From NCBI RefSeq assembly GCF_017995515.1, contig NZ_JAGOIT010000002.1, forward strand, positions 2,542-66,541: a stretch of DNA of 64,000 nucleotides, in the 5' to 3' direction. The position numbers and the translations under genes were made by a program. The stretch is from Propionivibrio sp. (GTDB taxonomy: Bacteria > Pseudomonadota > Gammaproteobacteria > Burkholderiales > Rhodocyclaceae). This document shows, piece by piece, positions 53,980 through 64,000 of the stretch; positions within the stretch are counted from its first letter, which is position 1; the number at the start of each line of letters is the position of its first letter. The notes below the pieces were generated by a model. The model saw nothing but the letters and a program-made list of their open reading frames with translations, had not been told where the DNA came from and ran no database searches.

Positions 53980-54366
53980 TCACAGGACGAGGAAAACCTC
54001 GAACTCGATCCGGCGCCATGGGTCGGGGTCGTCGCGTACTGCCGATACGCGCGCTTCCAGTGCCTCGCCGGCGTCGAGCGCCTGCGCCACGGCACGGTTT
54101 TCGGCGCGCGGGACGTAGCCGAGCTTCTGCCCGTTCCAGTCGACGCGCACGGCGTTGCGGTCGTGGCGGTTGTCCGCTTCGCGCGTCAGCGTCAAGCGGT
54201 CGCCGACGCGAATCTCGCCGCGCAGGCGCTTGGCGCCGTAATACTGGCTGCCGGCGAGCGGCGAACTCTGGACGAGGATCTTGATCGACTCGGCGAAAGC
54301 CGCCGCGTTCAGCCACAGCGAGAGAAGCAGCACCCGGCCGAATCGTTCAGTCCAGCGAGAAGGCAT
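53980..54366 (-). CDS. HIRAN-domain protein with a predicted signal peptide
   Basis: LAGSQYY, LTREADNRHDRNAVRV, KLGYVPR; N-terminal RVLLLSLWLNAAAFA-ES. Confidence 0.8.
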   Translation of the reverse strand: MPSRWTERFGRVLLLSLWLNAAAFAESIKILVQSSPLAGSQYYGAKRLRGEIRVGDRLTLTREADNRHDRNAVRVDWNGQKLGYVPRAENRAVAQALDAGEALEARVSAVRDDPDPWRRIEFEVFLVL

Positions 54367-54727
54367 CGCGCAGCCATTCAATGTCATTACTGGACGTGCC
54401 GCTCAGGAGAATGCAGTCGAAGCGACAGTCGTCGTCGGTCAGCGCGTTCGCCATCAGAAAGTGCTGGGCGGCGAGGATGATCCGGCGTTGCTTGGTTGCC
54501 GTTACGCTGGCAGCGGCGCCGCCGAAAGCGGCGTTCCGGCGCAGGCGGACCTCGACGAAGACGAGTACCTTCCCGTCACGGCAGATAAGGTCGATTTCGC
54601 CGCCGCGGCAGCGGTAGTTGCGCGCGATGATCCTGAACTTTTTCTTTTCCAGGAAACGCGTCGCCAGGTCCTCGGCCTGCCGACCGGCGCTGCCGCTCGT
54701 TTGCTGCGTGGTATCGTTGTCGCTCAT
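54347..54727 (-). CDS. yraN: YraN (UPF0102) family protein
   Basis: GRQAEDLA..FL, ARNYRCRGGEIDLI, VFVEVR, CRFD; start ATG 54727. Confidence 0.93.
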   Translation of the reverse strand: MSDNDTTQQTSGSAGRQAEDLATRFLEKKKFRIIARNYRCRGGEIDLICRDGKVLVFVEVRLRRNAAFGGAAASVTATKQRRIILAAQHFLMANALTDDDCRFDCILLSGTSSNDIEWLRDAFSLD

Positions 54728-54743
54728 TGATCCGGTGACCGAA

Positions 54744-55583
54744 ATGACAGAAGAATCCCCCGCATTATATGTAGTGCCGACGCCGCTCGGGAATCTGGCC
54801 GACATGACGCAGCGCGCCATCGACGTGCTGCGCCGCGTGCCCTGGGTGGCTGCTGAAGACACGCGTCACAGCGCGCCCCTGCTGAAGCACTACGGGGCGG
54901 GCGCACGTCTGTTGCCGGCGCACGAGCATAACGAGGAGGGCGCGGCGCAGCAGGTGATCGGCAAGCTCGCGGCGGGCGAGTCGGTCGCGCTCGTCTCGGA
55001 CGCTGGCACGCCGGCCGTTTCCGATCCCGGCGCGCGTCTCGTGGCGCGCGTGCGCGCCGCGGGCTTTCGCGTGATTCCGCTGCCGGGCGCGTGCGCAGCG
55101 GTGACGGCGCTGTCGGCGTCGGGCCTCGCCGAGCCGCACTTCCTCTTCTACGGCTTCCTCCCGGCCAAGACCAAGCAGCGCGAAGACGAATTGCGGGCGT
55201 TGTCGGGGCTGCCGTACGCGCTGCTCTTCTACGAGGCGCCGCACCGGATACTGGAGACCGTCGAGTCGATCGCCAGGGTTCTTGGCAACGACAGGACGCT
55301 CGTTCTGGCGCGCGAGTTGACCAAGCTGTTCGAGACGATTCACAGCTGTCCGTCGGGTGAGGCGCTCGCCTGGCTGCAGGCCGATGCCAACCGGCAGCGC
55401 GGCGAGTTCGTTCTGCTTGTTTCGGGTGTCGTCGATTCCGGGAATTCCGGGGAAGGCGAACGCGTGCTGAAGTTGCTCCTCGACGACGGTATCTCGGTCA
55501 AGCAGGCCGTCCGTCTGGCGCACGCAATTACCGGTGCGCCGAAGAACGCGATGTACGATCTGGCGCTGAGTCTCAAGGAGTAA
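54744..55583 (+). CDS. rsmI: 16S rRNA C1402 2'-O-methyltransferase
   Basis: LYVVPTPLGNLAD, AEDTR, VSDAGTPAVSDPG, FYEAPHR, ARELTKLFE. Confidence 0.97.
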   Translation: MTEESPALYVVPTPLGNLADMTQRAIDVLRRVPWVAAEDTRHSAPLLKHYGAGARLLPAHEHNEEGAAQQVIGKLAAGESVALVSDAGTPAVSDPGARLVARVRAAGFRVIPLPGACAAVTALSASGLAEPHFLFYGFLPAKTKQREDELRALSGLPYALLFYEAPHRILETVESIARVLGNDRTLVLARELTKLFETIHSCPSGEALAWLQADANRQRGEFVLLVSGVVDSGNSGEGERVLKLLLDDGISVKQAVRLAHAITGAPKNAMYDLALSLKE

Positions 55584-55665
55584 CGTGGCGACAGATGCGG
55601 CGATGAAAGGCGCGCCGCAGGAGGCTTTCAACTAGAATGCAGGCGTTACGTTTTCTGGCCTTATC

Positions 55666-56727
55666 ATGCCAAACAGCCAAACCGCATCCCTCGCTCGAAT
55701 CACCCTGACGCGTCCCGATGACTGGCACCTGCACCTGCGCGACGGTGACGCGCTCAGGTCCGTGCTGCCGCACAGCGCGGCGCAGTTCGCCCGGGCCATC
55801 GTCATGCCCAATCTGCGCCCGCCGGTGACGACCGTGGCCGCGGCCGGCGAGTATCGCCAGCGCATTCTCGCCGCGCTCCCCGAAGGTGCAAGTTTCGAGC
55901 CGCTGATGACGCTCTACCTGACCGACAACACGCCGGCCGACGAGATCCGGCGCGCCGTCGACAGCGGCTTCGTCAAGGCGGTCAAGCTCTATCCGGCCGG
56001 GGCGACGACCAACTCCGACGCGGGCGTAACCGATCTTGCCAAGTGTGACGCGGCGCTCGCCGAGATGGAAAAGGCGGGCATGCCGCTGCTGGTGCACGGC
56101 GAAGTCACCGATCCGGCGGTCGACATCTTCGATCGCGAGAACGTCTTCATCGAGACGGTGCTGCAGCCCCTGCTGGTCCGGCGACCCGGGCTGCGCGTCG
56201 TGTTCGAGCACATCACGACGGCCGATGCCGCAGAGTTCGTTGCGACGGCTGGCGACAACGTTGCGGCGACGATCACCGCGCATCATCTGCTCTACAACCG
56301 CAATGCCCTGTTTACGGGTGGTGTTCGTCCGCACTATTACTGCCTGCCGGTGTTGAAGCGCGAGAAGCACCGCGCCGCCCTGGTCGGCGCGGCGACATCG
56401 GGCAGCAAGAAATTCTTCCTCGGTACCGATTCGGCGCCGCATGCGCGCCACACCAAGGAGGCGACCTGCGGTTGTGCCGGTTGCTACACGGCACACGCGG
56501 CGCTGGAACTTTACGCCGAGGCGTTCGAGGTGGCCGATGCGCTCGACCGGCTGGAGGCCTTTGCCAGCTTCAACGGCCCGGACTTCTATCGGCTCCCGCG
56601 CAATTCGACGCGCGTGACGCTGGAGAAAACGCCGTGGCAGGTGCCCGAGGCGTTTGAATTCGCCGGCGGCGATGCGCTGGTGCCCCTGCGCGCAGGTGAG
56701 TCGCTCGCCTGGCGCCTTGTTGGCTAG
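55666..56727 (+). CDS. pyrC: Dihydroorotase (type II)
   Basis: [47 protein letters not shown]. Confidence 0.98.
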   Translation: MPNSQTASLARITLTRPDDWHLHLRDGDALRSVLPHSAAQFARAIVMPNLRPPVTTVAAAGEYRQRILAALPEGASFEPLMTLYLTDNTPADEIRRAVDSGFVKAVKLYPAGATTNSDAGVTDLAKCDAALAEMEKAGMPLLVHGEVTDPAVDIFDRENVFIETVLQPLLVRRPGLRVVFEHITTADAAEFVATAGDNVAATITAHHLLYNRNALFTGGVRPHYYCLPVLKREKHRAALVGAATSGSKKFFLGTDSAPHARHTKEATCGCAGCYTAHAALELYAEAFEVADALDRLEAFASFNGPDFYRLPRNSTRVTLEKTPWQVPEAFEFAGGDALVPLRAGESLAWRLVG

Positions 56728-56745
56728 TTTCTTGCGGAGGCGTTC

Positions 56746-57231
56746 GTGATTCGACTCAGCTTTATTCCGCGGTGGATCGTGTTGGCGCTGCTGCCGCTCC
56801 TGGCCGCGTGCACCGACCTTCGCGCAACCTTCGAAATCAAGGGCAGCGCGCATGCACTGAGCCTGATCCGGGTAACCGGGATGTTTTGGGAGAAGACGGC
56901 GGAGTACTCGATCGTCGCCGCCCGCATGCCGGACTGCATGCGCCGCCACGCGCTCGGCAAGGCGGCGCTCAAGGCCCGGGTCGAGGTCTATTCGCCCGGC
57001 AACGATGCCTGGATTCTCAGGCAGGGCAAGCAGATGTACGTGGTCGAGACGCGCACTTGCGAAGGCTTTGCCAAGCTGGATAAGGAACCCGACAGCGGAC
57101 TCGGCGTGCCGATGGGTGCCTTCGAGATGCGCGGCAGCGAGCTTGTTTTCACGCCGGCGGTCAAGGCAGAGCCACCGCCCGCGGCGGCGCCCGCGCCGGG
57201 CGAACCAGCGACTGACGCCACGCAGAGCTGA
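56746..57231 (+). CDS. Hypothetical lipoprotein
   Basis: GGAGG RBS, GTG start, lipobox LAAC, Cys pair (PDC...RTCEG), Pro/Ala-rich tail. Confidence 0.7.
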   Translation: MIRLSFIPRWIVLALLPLLAACTDLRATFEIKGSAHALSLIRVTGMFWEKTAEYSIVAARMPDCMRRHALGKAALKARVEVYSPGNDAWILRQGKQMYVVETRTCEGFAKLDKEPDSGLGVPMGAFEMRGSELVFTPAVKAEPPPAAAPAPGEPATDATQS

Positions 57232-57261
57232 TTTGTCCGCCGGACCGCGTATAATCGCGGC

Positions 57262-57666
57262 GGGAAGTCGGCCAGGCAACCGCTGGGGGAGAGGCGAAAG
57301 TCTCGAACCGGGAGGAAAGTCCGGGCTTCACAGAGCAAGATGCCGGCTAACGGCCGGGCACCGCAAGGTGACGGAAAGTGCAACAGAGAATAGACCGCCT
57401 AAGTCCGGGGTAGCCCGGGCCGGCAAGGGTGAAACGGCGCCCCGGCTATAGCCGGGGCGGTCGGGCGCAAGCCCGGCCGAGGTAAGAGCTCACCGCGGAC
57501 GTGGTAACACGGACGGCACGGCAAACCCCATCTGAAGCAAGACCAAATAGGGAAGCGCATGGCGTGGCTCGCGTTGCTTCCGGGTAGGTTGCTTGAGCGC
57601 ACTGGCAACAGTGCGCCTAGAGGAATGGTTGCCCACGACAGAACCCGGCTTATCGGCCGACTTCCC
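57262..57666 (+). ncRNA. rnpB: RNase P RNA (bacterial type A)
   Basis: GAGGAAAGTCCGGGC (57312-57326) and AGAACCCGGCTTAT (57640-57653) conserved regions; P1 GGGAAGTCGGCC/GGCCGACTTCCC; TATAAT at 57250-57255. Confidence 0.97.
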
Positions 57667-57742
57667 ACTGCTCTCTGCCGCCGCGTTTGACAGAGCGTCT
57701 GGTGGCGTCAATACTGGTTTTCACCCTGCGCAGCGCACCTTC

Positions 57743-59092
57743 ATGGACAACACGGATCGTCCCCGGCTCAATGTCATCGCTGGCCCCATTCTGGGCGAGT
57801 TTCTTCTCGGCTACACGGTGGTCATCGTCGGTCTGTGGCTGGCGTCGCACACCTCCGACGGCGCGGCGGGCAGTCTCGGTCTCGCCAATCAGGTGCTTGA
57901 AACACTGTTCGTGCTCTATCGCGTGCTGGCGATCGGCATGGGCGTCGTCATTACCCAGCTGCTCGGCGGGCAACAAACCGAAAGCGTGCGCAGAACGGCG
58001 CTGGCCGGTCTCGGCGCGGCGACCTGGGCGGGCGTGTTCGTGTTCGGCTGGCTGGTGTTCGGCAACGATCTGATCCTCGACGTGCTGAACGCGCCGGCGG
58101 AAATCCTGCCGATGGCCGCGCCTTACCTGCAATTGCTGGCACCCGCTGCGCTACTTGAAGGCTACAACCTGATGATGGCGGCGATCCTGCGCGCCCACCT
58201 GCACGTCAAGGATTCCCTGCGCGTGATGATCGCCATGCATTGCAGCCACTTCGTGCTGGCCGTGCCGCTGATGCTCGGTGTGGGGCCGTGGGATGGGTTT
58301 GGCCTCAACGGATTTGCCATCGCGTTGCTGTCCAGCCGCGCAATTGGCCTGGTTCTGCACCTGCGCCTGTGGCGCCGGCGCATGGCGCTGGTGCCCGCGC
58401 TGTCCGACTGGTGGGCGTTCTGCCCTCGCATCCTGGCGCCGGTCCTGCGCATCGGCGTGCCGGGGGCGACGACCGAACTCGGCTACCGGGCAGCGTTCAT
58501 GGTGTCGCTGGCGGCGACCGCGCGACTCGGCGTCGTGGCGCTGGCGACGCATTCCTATGTCCTGCAGTTGCTGCGCTACGTCTTCCTGATCAGCCTGTCG
58601 ATCGGCTGGGCGTGCGAGATCATCGTCGGACGCCTGATCGGCGCCGGCCAGTTCAGTCAGGCGCGTGCCCTGGTGATCAAGGGAGTACGCAATGGCCTGG
58701 TCGCATCGGGCTCGATCGCCGTGGTCGCGGCCTTCGCCGCGCCTTGGCTGATGCGCATTTTCACCAAGGATCCGGCGGTGATCGAGGCGGCGCAGGTTCT
58801 CCTCTGGATCGCGGTGGTCCTCGAGTGCGGGCGCGTCTTCAATCTGATCGTCACGGGCGCCTTGCGCGCGACGGGCGATGCGATTTATCCCGTCGTTGCC
58901 AGCGTCGGTTCGTTCGCGCTGGTGCTCGGTGTCGGCTCCTATTTTCTCGGGCACGCCATCGGACTACCCGGGATTTTCATCGCCTACGCCGCCGACGAGT
59001 GGGTGCGTGGCCTGCTGATGTTCGTTCGCTGGCGCTGGCACGGCTGGGTTCCGCATGCGCGCAACGCGCAGCGGCGCGTGCGGCGCGGGTGA
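57743..59092 (+). CDS. MATE-family efflux transporter
   Basis: About 12 TM segments; IAGPILGEFLLG, VITQLLGG, LRIGVPG, IVGRLIGAG, GALRATGD; start ATG 57743. Confidence 0.9.
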   Translation: MDNTDRPRLNVIAGPILGEFLLGYTVVIVGLWLASHTSDGAAGSLGLANQVLETLFVLYRVLAIGMGVVITQLLGGQQTESVRRTALAGLGAATWAGVFVFGWLVFGNDLILDVLNAPAEILPMAAPYLQLLAPAALLEGYNLMMAAILRAHLHVKDSLRVMIAMHCSHFVLAVPLMLGVGPWDGFGLNGFAIALLSSRAIGLVLHLRLWRRRMALVPALSDWWAFCPRILAPVLRIGVPGATTELGYRAAFMVSLAATARLGVVALATHSYVLQLLRYVFLISLSIGWACEIIVGRLIGAGQFSQARALVIKGVRNGLVASGSIAVVAAFAAPWLMRIFTKDPAVIEAAQVLLWIAVVLECGRVFNLIVTGALRATGDAIYPVVASVGSFALVLGVGSYFLGHAIGLPGIFIAYAADEWVRGLLMFVRWRWHGWVPHARNAQRRVRRG

Positions 59093-59370
59093 TTACTCCC
59101 CGATCTTGATCGCCAGCGGGGCGCTGATCGGCGTTCCGTGTCGCCCCGTCCATCGCTACGCCATCCCGATGCGCTGAGATCCCTCGCGCATTGTTCAACG
59201 GATCTGGCTTTTGGCCTATGTTCGTCACAAAGCACTTTAAGTTGTAATTTTTCCTTGTTGTTTTTTAACAGAAATTTACCGTGAACGTTTCTCCGGAAAC
59301 GCTTGTAAGTCATTGTCCGCATTGGTTTTTTTGGTGAAAAACAGCTTGCTTGTGCAAAATCTTTGCCTTA

Positions 59371-59407
59371 AAGTGGGAGGCGGTGGTGAAAAGTGGGGAA
59401 TCGGGGG
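59371..59407 (+). promoter_or_regulatory. MraZ-binding direct repeats (dcw promoter)
   Basis: GTGGG (59373), GTGGT (59383), GTGGG (59393) and GGGGG (59403) at exact 10-bp spacing upstream of mraZ, matching the known TGGGN-repeat MraZ site. Confidence 0.8.
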
Positions 59408-59461
59408 TTTCTCACGAAGGTTTTCACAAGGGCAACGGTTACAGGCGAGGGCACGGGTTTG

Positions 59462-59905
59462 ATGTTTCAGGGAGCGGCAGCGCTAAGTCTCGACGCGAAA
59501 GGTCGGCTCGCCATTCCGGCGCGCCACCGGGATGCGCTCGTGGCGGCTTCCGCCGGCCAGCTCGTGCTGACTGCCCATCCGCATCGTTGTTTGCTCCTTT
59601 ATCCGGCCGGCGCGTGGGAGCCGATTCGCGACAAGGTGCTCGCCGCGTCGAGCCTTGATCAGCGCTCCGCTGCCATCAAACGTCTTCTGGTCGGTAATGC
59701 GCGCGAAGAAACGCTGGACTCTGCCGGTCGCCTGCTCGTCGCGCCGGAATTGCGCCGCTTTGCCCAGTTTGAAAAGCAGGTCTGGCTGGTCGGGCAGGGC
59801 AGCCACTTTGAAATCTGGTCCGATGCCGGCTGGCAGAAGGAGCAGGAGGCGGTCTTTGCCCTTGGCGACCAGTTGCCGCCGGGTCTTGAGGATCTGGCGC
59901 TGTGA
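59462..59905 (+). CDS. mraZ: Division/cell-wall cluster regulator MraZ
   Basis: MFQG....[30 protein letters not shown]. Confidence 0.97.
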   Translation: MFQGAAALSLDAKGRLAIPARHRDALVAASAGQLVLTAHPHRCLLLYPAGAWEPIRDKVLAASSLDQRSAAIKRLLVGNAREETLDSAGRLLVAPELRRFAQFEKQVWLVGQGSHFEIWSDAGWQKEQEAVFALGDQLPPGLEDLAL

Positions 59906-60843
59906 CCGCTGCCCTGTCGCATCAGACAGTGCTACTGCGGGAGGCGGTTGAGGCTTTGACGATAAAGCCCGCCGGCGTCTACGTCGATGGCACGTTCGGC
60001 CGCGGTGGCCACAGCCGGGCCATTCTCGAACAGTTGGGTCCGAACGGGCGACTCATCGCCTTTGACCGCGATCCACAAGCCATCGCCGCCGCGCAGTCGA
60101 TGAATGACTCCCGCTTGACGATCGTGCACCGCGCTTTCGGCGACCTGGCCCCGGTTTTGGCCGAGGTCGGCGTGTCGGCGGTGGATGGCGTGCTCCTCGA
60201 CGTTGGTGTTTCCTCGCCGCAGATCGATGACGGTGAGCGCGGTTTCAGTTTCCGTTTCGATGCGCCGCTCGACATGCGCATGGACACGACGCAGGGAGAG
60301 ACGGCGGCCGAGTTTCTGGCGACGGCCGGCATAAAAGACATTACGGAGGTGATTAGGAGTTATGGCGAAGAACGGTTTGCTTTCCAGATTGCAAAGAAGA
60401 TTGTGGCTACTCGGAGCGAGCGGCCTCTTACAACCACAGGCCAACTCGCCGCGCTTGTACGCGAAACCGTGCGGACCCGCGAGCCCGGCCAGGATGCGGC
60501 GACGCGTACCTTTCAAGCTCTACGGATTCACGTCAATCAAGAGCTCGAGCAACTCGCTCTAGTCCTGCCGCAGGCGCTGGACGTGCTGCAGCCCGGAGGG
60601 CGCCTGGTCGTGATCAGCTTCCATTCGCTGGAAGACCGCATCGTCAAGCGTTTCATGCGCGACGAAGCGAGCGTCGATCGTCTGCCCAAGAATCTCCCCT
60701 TGCGCAGCGTCGATCTGCCGCAGCCGCATTTGCGCCTCGTCGGCAAACCGGTCAAGGCGGGTGACGAGGAAGTCGCTGGTAATCCGCGCGCGCGCAGCGC
60801 CGTGATGCGCGTGGCCGAAAAGCTGGGCGAACGAGGCGAATAG
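59902..60843 (+). CDS. rsmH: 16S rRNA m4C1402 methyltransferase
   Basis: [51 protein letters not shown]. Confidence 0.98.
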   Translation: MTAALSHQTVLLREAVEALTIKPAGVYVDGTFGRGGHSRAILEQLGPNGRLIAFDRDPQAIAAAQSMNDSRLTIVHRAFGDLAPVLAEVGVSAVDGVLLDVGVSSPQIDDGERGFSFRFDAPLDMRMDTTQGETAAEFLATAGIKDITEVIRSYGEERFAFQIAKKIVATRSERPLTTTGQLAALVRETVRTREPGQDAATRTFQALRIHVNQELEQLALVLPQALDVLQPGGRLVVISFHSLEDRIVKRFMRDEASVDRLPKNLPLRSVDLPQPHLRLVGKPVKAGDEEVAGNPRARSAVMRVAEKLGERGE

Positions 60844-60844
60844 G

Positions 60845-61120
60845 ATGCTGCGCCTCAATCTTCTTCTGCTCATCGTTGCGGTCGTCTGCGCACTCAGCGT
60901 TGTGACGTCGCAGCACAAGGCGCGCCGCCTCTTCCAGGCGCTGGAAAGCGAGCAGGAGCGCGCCGAGCATCTGGATGTCGAGTTCGACCAATTGCAGCTC
61001 GAACTGTCGACCTGGGCGACCTCGCCGCGCATCGAAAAGATCGCGCGCGACAAGCTCAAGATGCGCACCCCCGAGCCGGCCAAGGTGGTCGTCGTCAGCC
61101 CCGTCGAGGTGTCGCGATGA
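60845..61120 (+). CDS. ftsL: Cell division protein FtsL
   Basis: Single TM then coiled coil; LQLELSTWA...RIEKIARDKLKM. Confidence 0.92.
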   Translation: MLRLNLLLLIVAVVCALSVVTSQHKARRLFQALESEQERAEHLDVEFDQLQLELSTWATSPRIEKIARDKLKMRTPEPAKVVVVSPVEVSR

Positions 61121-62877
61121 TGAACTTCAAGGGGCCGAAGGGGCACAAGTTCGCCGAGAGCCCGGTGCTCAAGCTCCGCCTGCCGGCCTGGCGTTCGCGC
61201 CTGATGGCGCTCCTGATCCTCTCCTGCTTTGGCGTGCTGATCGGACGCGCGTTCTACCTGCAGGTGCTGAACAACGACTTCTTGCAGGAAAAAGGCGAGT
61301 CGCGCTACCGGCGTGACCTGGAAATCCCGGCCTCGCGCGGCCGCATTTCCGACCGCAACGGCGACATCCTGGCGGTGTCGACGCCGATGAAATCCGTCTG
61401 GGCGATTCCTTCGGAAGCACGCCTGAACAACGAGCAGATCGGGCTGCTGGCCAATCTGCTCGAAATGGGTACGAAGGAACTTGCGCAGAAGCTGGCCAGC
61501 GACAAGACCTTCGTCTTCCTGCGCCGCCAGTTGCCGCCGGACATCGGCGAGCGCGTCGCGGCGCTCAAGCTGCCGGGAATCGGTCAGGACAAGGAGTATC
61601 GTCGTTTCTATCCGGGCGGCGAGATGACCGCGCACATGGTCGGCTTTACCGGCGTCGACGACAAGGGGCTGGAAGGCGTCGAGCTGGCCTTTCAGCGGCA
61701 GCTCCTCGGGCACGCCGGCAGCCGCAGCGTGATCAAGGACCGGCGCGGCCGGATCGTCGAAGATGTCGGTTCGATCAAACCGCCGCAGGACGGCAAGGAC
61801 ATTCGCCTGGCGATCGACTCCAAGGTGCAGTACATGGCCTACAGCCAGCTGAAACAGGCGGTTACCGACTTCAAGGCCAAGGCGGGCGGTGTTGTGGTTG
61901 TCGATACCAAGACCGGCGAGATCCTCGCGCTCGCCAACTGGCCGACCTACAACCCGAACAACCGCGAACGGTTGAGTGGCGCGCAACTGCGCAATCGGGC
62001 ATTGACTGACACCTATGAGCCGGGTTCGGTGATGAAACCGTTTACCGCCGCGCTCGCGCTCGAATACGACAAGGTGCGTTTCGACACGGTGATCGCTTGC
62101 GCGCCAGGACGGCTGACGATCGGCTCGGCGACGATCTCCGATGCACATCCGCACGGCGATCTGACCGTCGCCCAGGTCATCCAGAAGTCGTCCAACGTCG
62201 GCACCGCGAAGATTGGCGCGATGCTGTCGCCCGAGCAGATGTGGACGATGTTCGATGCCATTGGCCTCGGGCAGCAGCCGGGTCTGGGCTTCCCCGGCGA
62301 AGTGACCGGCCGCTTGCGGCCGTGGAAGAGCTGGCGGCCGATCGAGCAGGCGACGATGTCGTACGGCCACGGTCTCTCCGTCTCGTTGATGCAACTGGCG
62401 CGCGCCTACACGATTTTCGCGCGCGAAGGCGACATGGTTCCCCTGAGCCTGACCAGGACCGACGGAATGCCGATACCGACGAAGCAGATCTTCAGCCAGC
62501 AGACAGCGCGCGAAGTGCGGACCATGCTTGAAATGGCCGCGCAGCCCGGTGGAACGGCACCGAAGGCGCAGATTCCCGGCTATCGCGTCGGCGGCAAGAC
62601 GGGCACCGCGTACAAGATCGAAGGCGGTCAGTACGTCCGCAAGTACGTCGCTTCGTTTGTCGGCTTCGCGCCGGTCTCCGATCCGCGCCTCGTGGTTGCA
62701 GTGATGATCGACGAGCCGAGCGCCGGTGGACACTACGGCGGCGACGTGGCCGGGCCGATTTTTTCCAGCATCATGGGCGGCGCCCTGCGCACGCTGGGCG
62801 TCCCGCACGATGCGCCGATCCAGGTCGCGCAGAGCGGGGCAGCCGGAAAAGCACCGGCCGGAAAGGGAAAACTATGA
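61117..62877 (+). CDS. ftsI: Peptidoglycan transpeptidase FtsI (PBP3)
   Basis: RGRISDRNG, RFYPGG, YEPGSVMK (SxxK), KSSNVG (SxN), GGKTGT (KTG). Confidence 0.98.
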   Translation: MMNFKGPKGHKFAESPVLKLRLPAWRSRLMALLILSCFGVLIGRAFYLQVLNNDFLQEKGESRYRRDLEIPASRGRISDRNGDILAVSTPMKSVWAIPSEARLNNEQIGLLANLLEMGTKELAQKLASDKTFVFLRRQLPPDIGERVAALKLPGIGQDKEYRRFYPGGEMTAHMVGFTGVDDKGLEGVELAFQRQLLGHAGSRSVIKDRRGRIVEDVGSIKPPQDGKDIRLAIDSKVQYMAYSQLKQAVTDFKAKAGGVVVVDTKTGEILALANWPTYNPNNRERLSGAQLRNRALTDTYEPGSVMKPFTAALALEYDKVRFDTVIACAPGRLTIGSATISDAHPHGDLTVAQVIQKSSNVGTAKIGAMLSPEQMWTMFDAIGLGQQPGLGFPGEVTGRLRPWKSWRPIEQATMSYGHGLSVSLMQLARAYTIFAREGDMVPLSLTRTDGMPIPTKQIFSQQTAREVRTMLEMAAQPGGTAPKAQIPGYRVGGKTGTAYKIEGGQYVRKYVASFVGFAPVSDPRLVVAVMIDEPSAGGHYGGDVAGPIFSSIMGGALRTLGVPHDAPIQVAQSGAAGKAPAGKGKL

Positions 62878-64000
62878 CTCAGCAAACGGATTTCATGCCG
62901 GCCGCTGCTGGCGAAATCACGCCGGAGCGCATAATCCGGCGCTTCGCCGACCTGGGCGTTCAGCTGACCGGCGTCGCCGACGACAGCCGCAAGGTGCGTC
63001 GTGGCGACTTGTTCATGGCCTACCCGGGCGACCTGAACGACGGGCGGCGCTTCATCGCCGACGCCATCGCGCGCGGTGCCGCGGCCGTGTTCTGGGAAGC
63101 GCGCGGCGACTTCGTCTGGAATGCCGACTGGCGCGTGGCGAACCTCTCTGGTACGGGCCTGCGCGCCCTTTGCGGGCCGCTCGCGCACGCCGTCTTCGGC
63201 CAGCCGAGCGAACGCCAGTCGGTGATCGCCATCACCGGCACCAACGGCAAGACGACGATCAGCCAGTGGCTCGGTCGCTCGCACCCGCGCTCCTGTGCGG
63301 TGATCGGTACGCTCGGCGCCGGTTTTGTCGGCGATCTGGACGATACCGGCCTGACGACGCCCGAGGCGACGAACCTGGCGCGCTACCTCGCCGACTTCGC
63401 CCATGCCGGCGCGCAAGCGTGCGCCGTCGAGGCCAGTTCGATCGGCATCGAGGAGGGGCGGCTCGATGGTACGCGCGTCGACGTCGCCGTCTTCACCAAT
63501 CTCACGCGCGATCACCTCGACTACCACGGTTCGATGGAGAGCTACGCCGAGGCCAAGAAGCGACTGTTCGCCTGGCCGCGGCTGCGCCTCGCCGTGGTCA
63601 ATCTGGACGATCCGTTCGGCGTCGAGCTGGCAGAAATGACCACGGCGGCGAAAGTGGTTGGATATACGCAAGGCGACGGCTTTGCCGACCGGCAAGGCGT
63701 GGTGCGCGCCGAGGACGTGGAAGAGGCGGTGACCGGCTTGCGCTTCCGCCTCTCCGCGCCGAGCGGCAGAGCAACGGTTGAAACCGGCCTGGTCGGGCGC
63801 TACAACGTATCCAATCTGCTCGCCGTAGCCGCCGTATTGCTCGATGCGGGACTCAAGCCGGCCGAGGTCGCGGCACGCTTTGCCGAGCTGACGCCGCCGC
63901 CCGGACGCCTGGAAAAGATCGGGGGCTACAACGAACCGCTGATCGTCGTCGACTACGCGCATACGCCCGATGCACTCGAAAGTGCACTTGCGGCCTTGCG
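62874..64000 (+). CDS. murE: UDP-MurNAc-tripeptide synthetase MurE; runs off the window end
   Basis: ATGA overlap with the ftsI stop; DSRKVRRGDLF, VIAITGTNGKTT, TTP, EASS, FTNLTRDHLDYHG, PPGRLE, VDYAHTPDAL. Confidence 0.97.
   Translation, partial: MTQQTDFMPAAAGEITPERIIRRFADLGVQLTGVADDSRKVRRGDLFMAYPGDLNDGRRFIADAIARGAAAVFWEARGDFVWNADWRVANLSGTGLRALCGPLAHAVFGQPSERQSVIAITGTNGKTTISQWLGRSHPRSCAVIGTLGAGFVGDLDDTGLTTPEATNLARYLADFAHAGAQACAVEASSIGIEEGRLDGTRVDVAVFTNLTRDHLDYHGSMESYAEAKKRLFAWPRLRLAVVNLDDPFGVELAEMTTAAKVVGYTQGDGFADRQGVVRAEDVEEAVTGLRFRLSAPSGRATVETGLVGRYNVSNLLAVAAVLLDAGLKPAEVAARFAELTPPPGRLEKIGGYNEPLIVVDYAHTPDALESALAAL

Noticed and set aside
59093-59340. Intergenic region before the dcw cluster, considered for a small ORF or ncRNA
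   Set aside because: No supported ORF or RNA motif; the AT-rich part is consistent with the mraZ promoter.
60559-62808. 749-aa minus-strand ORF
   Set aside because: Antisense shadow of rsmH-ftsL-ftsI.

Overview
Core-chromosome window of a high-GC betaproteobacterium. Gene content and order are Rhodocyclaceae-like; this is an inference, not a database match. Most of it is housekeeping: Orn/Lys/Arg decarboxylase (partial), folA/thyA, yjgA/pmbA, glyA-nrdR-ribD, rpsU-yqeY-dnaG-rpoD, aspS-nudB, pilBCD, ffh, proS, rppH, coq7, rplM-rpsI, rhlE, alaS, nudC, rsmI/yraN/gmhA/BON, pyrC, rnpB and the start of the dcw cluster (mraZ-rsmH-ftsL-ftsI-murE, murE partial). The most interesting signals are non-coding or unannotated. 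(1) A tRNA-Ile(CAT) gene after rpoD is split by a 204-nt Azoarcus-type group I intron whose two tetraloop receptors carry the same non-canonical substitution. (2) The RNase P RNA has a 41-nt two-hairpin insertion in P13. (3) A 185-bp MITE-like inverted-repeat element with CGCAAAG repeats sits between alaS and nudC. (4) An accessory LacI / sugar-ABC / GH5-like locus (about 4.5-12.1 kb) is followed by a frameshifted relic of an AGE-family (mannose-isomerase-like) gene, and an Old Yellow Enzyme relic lies nearer thyA. Family assignments come from motif recognition, not from searches. Several start codons were moved from the ORF track to the likelier downstream start.
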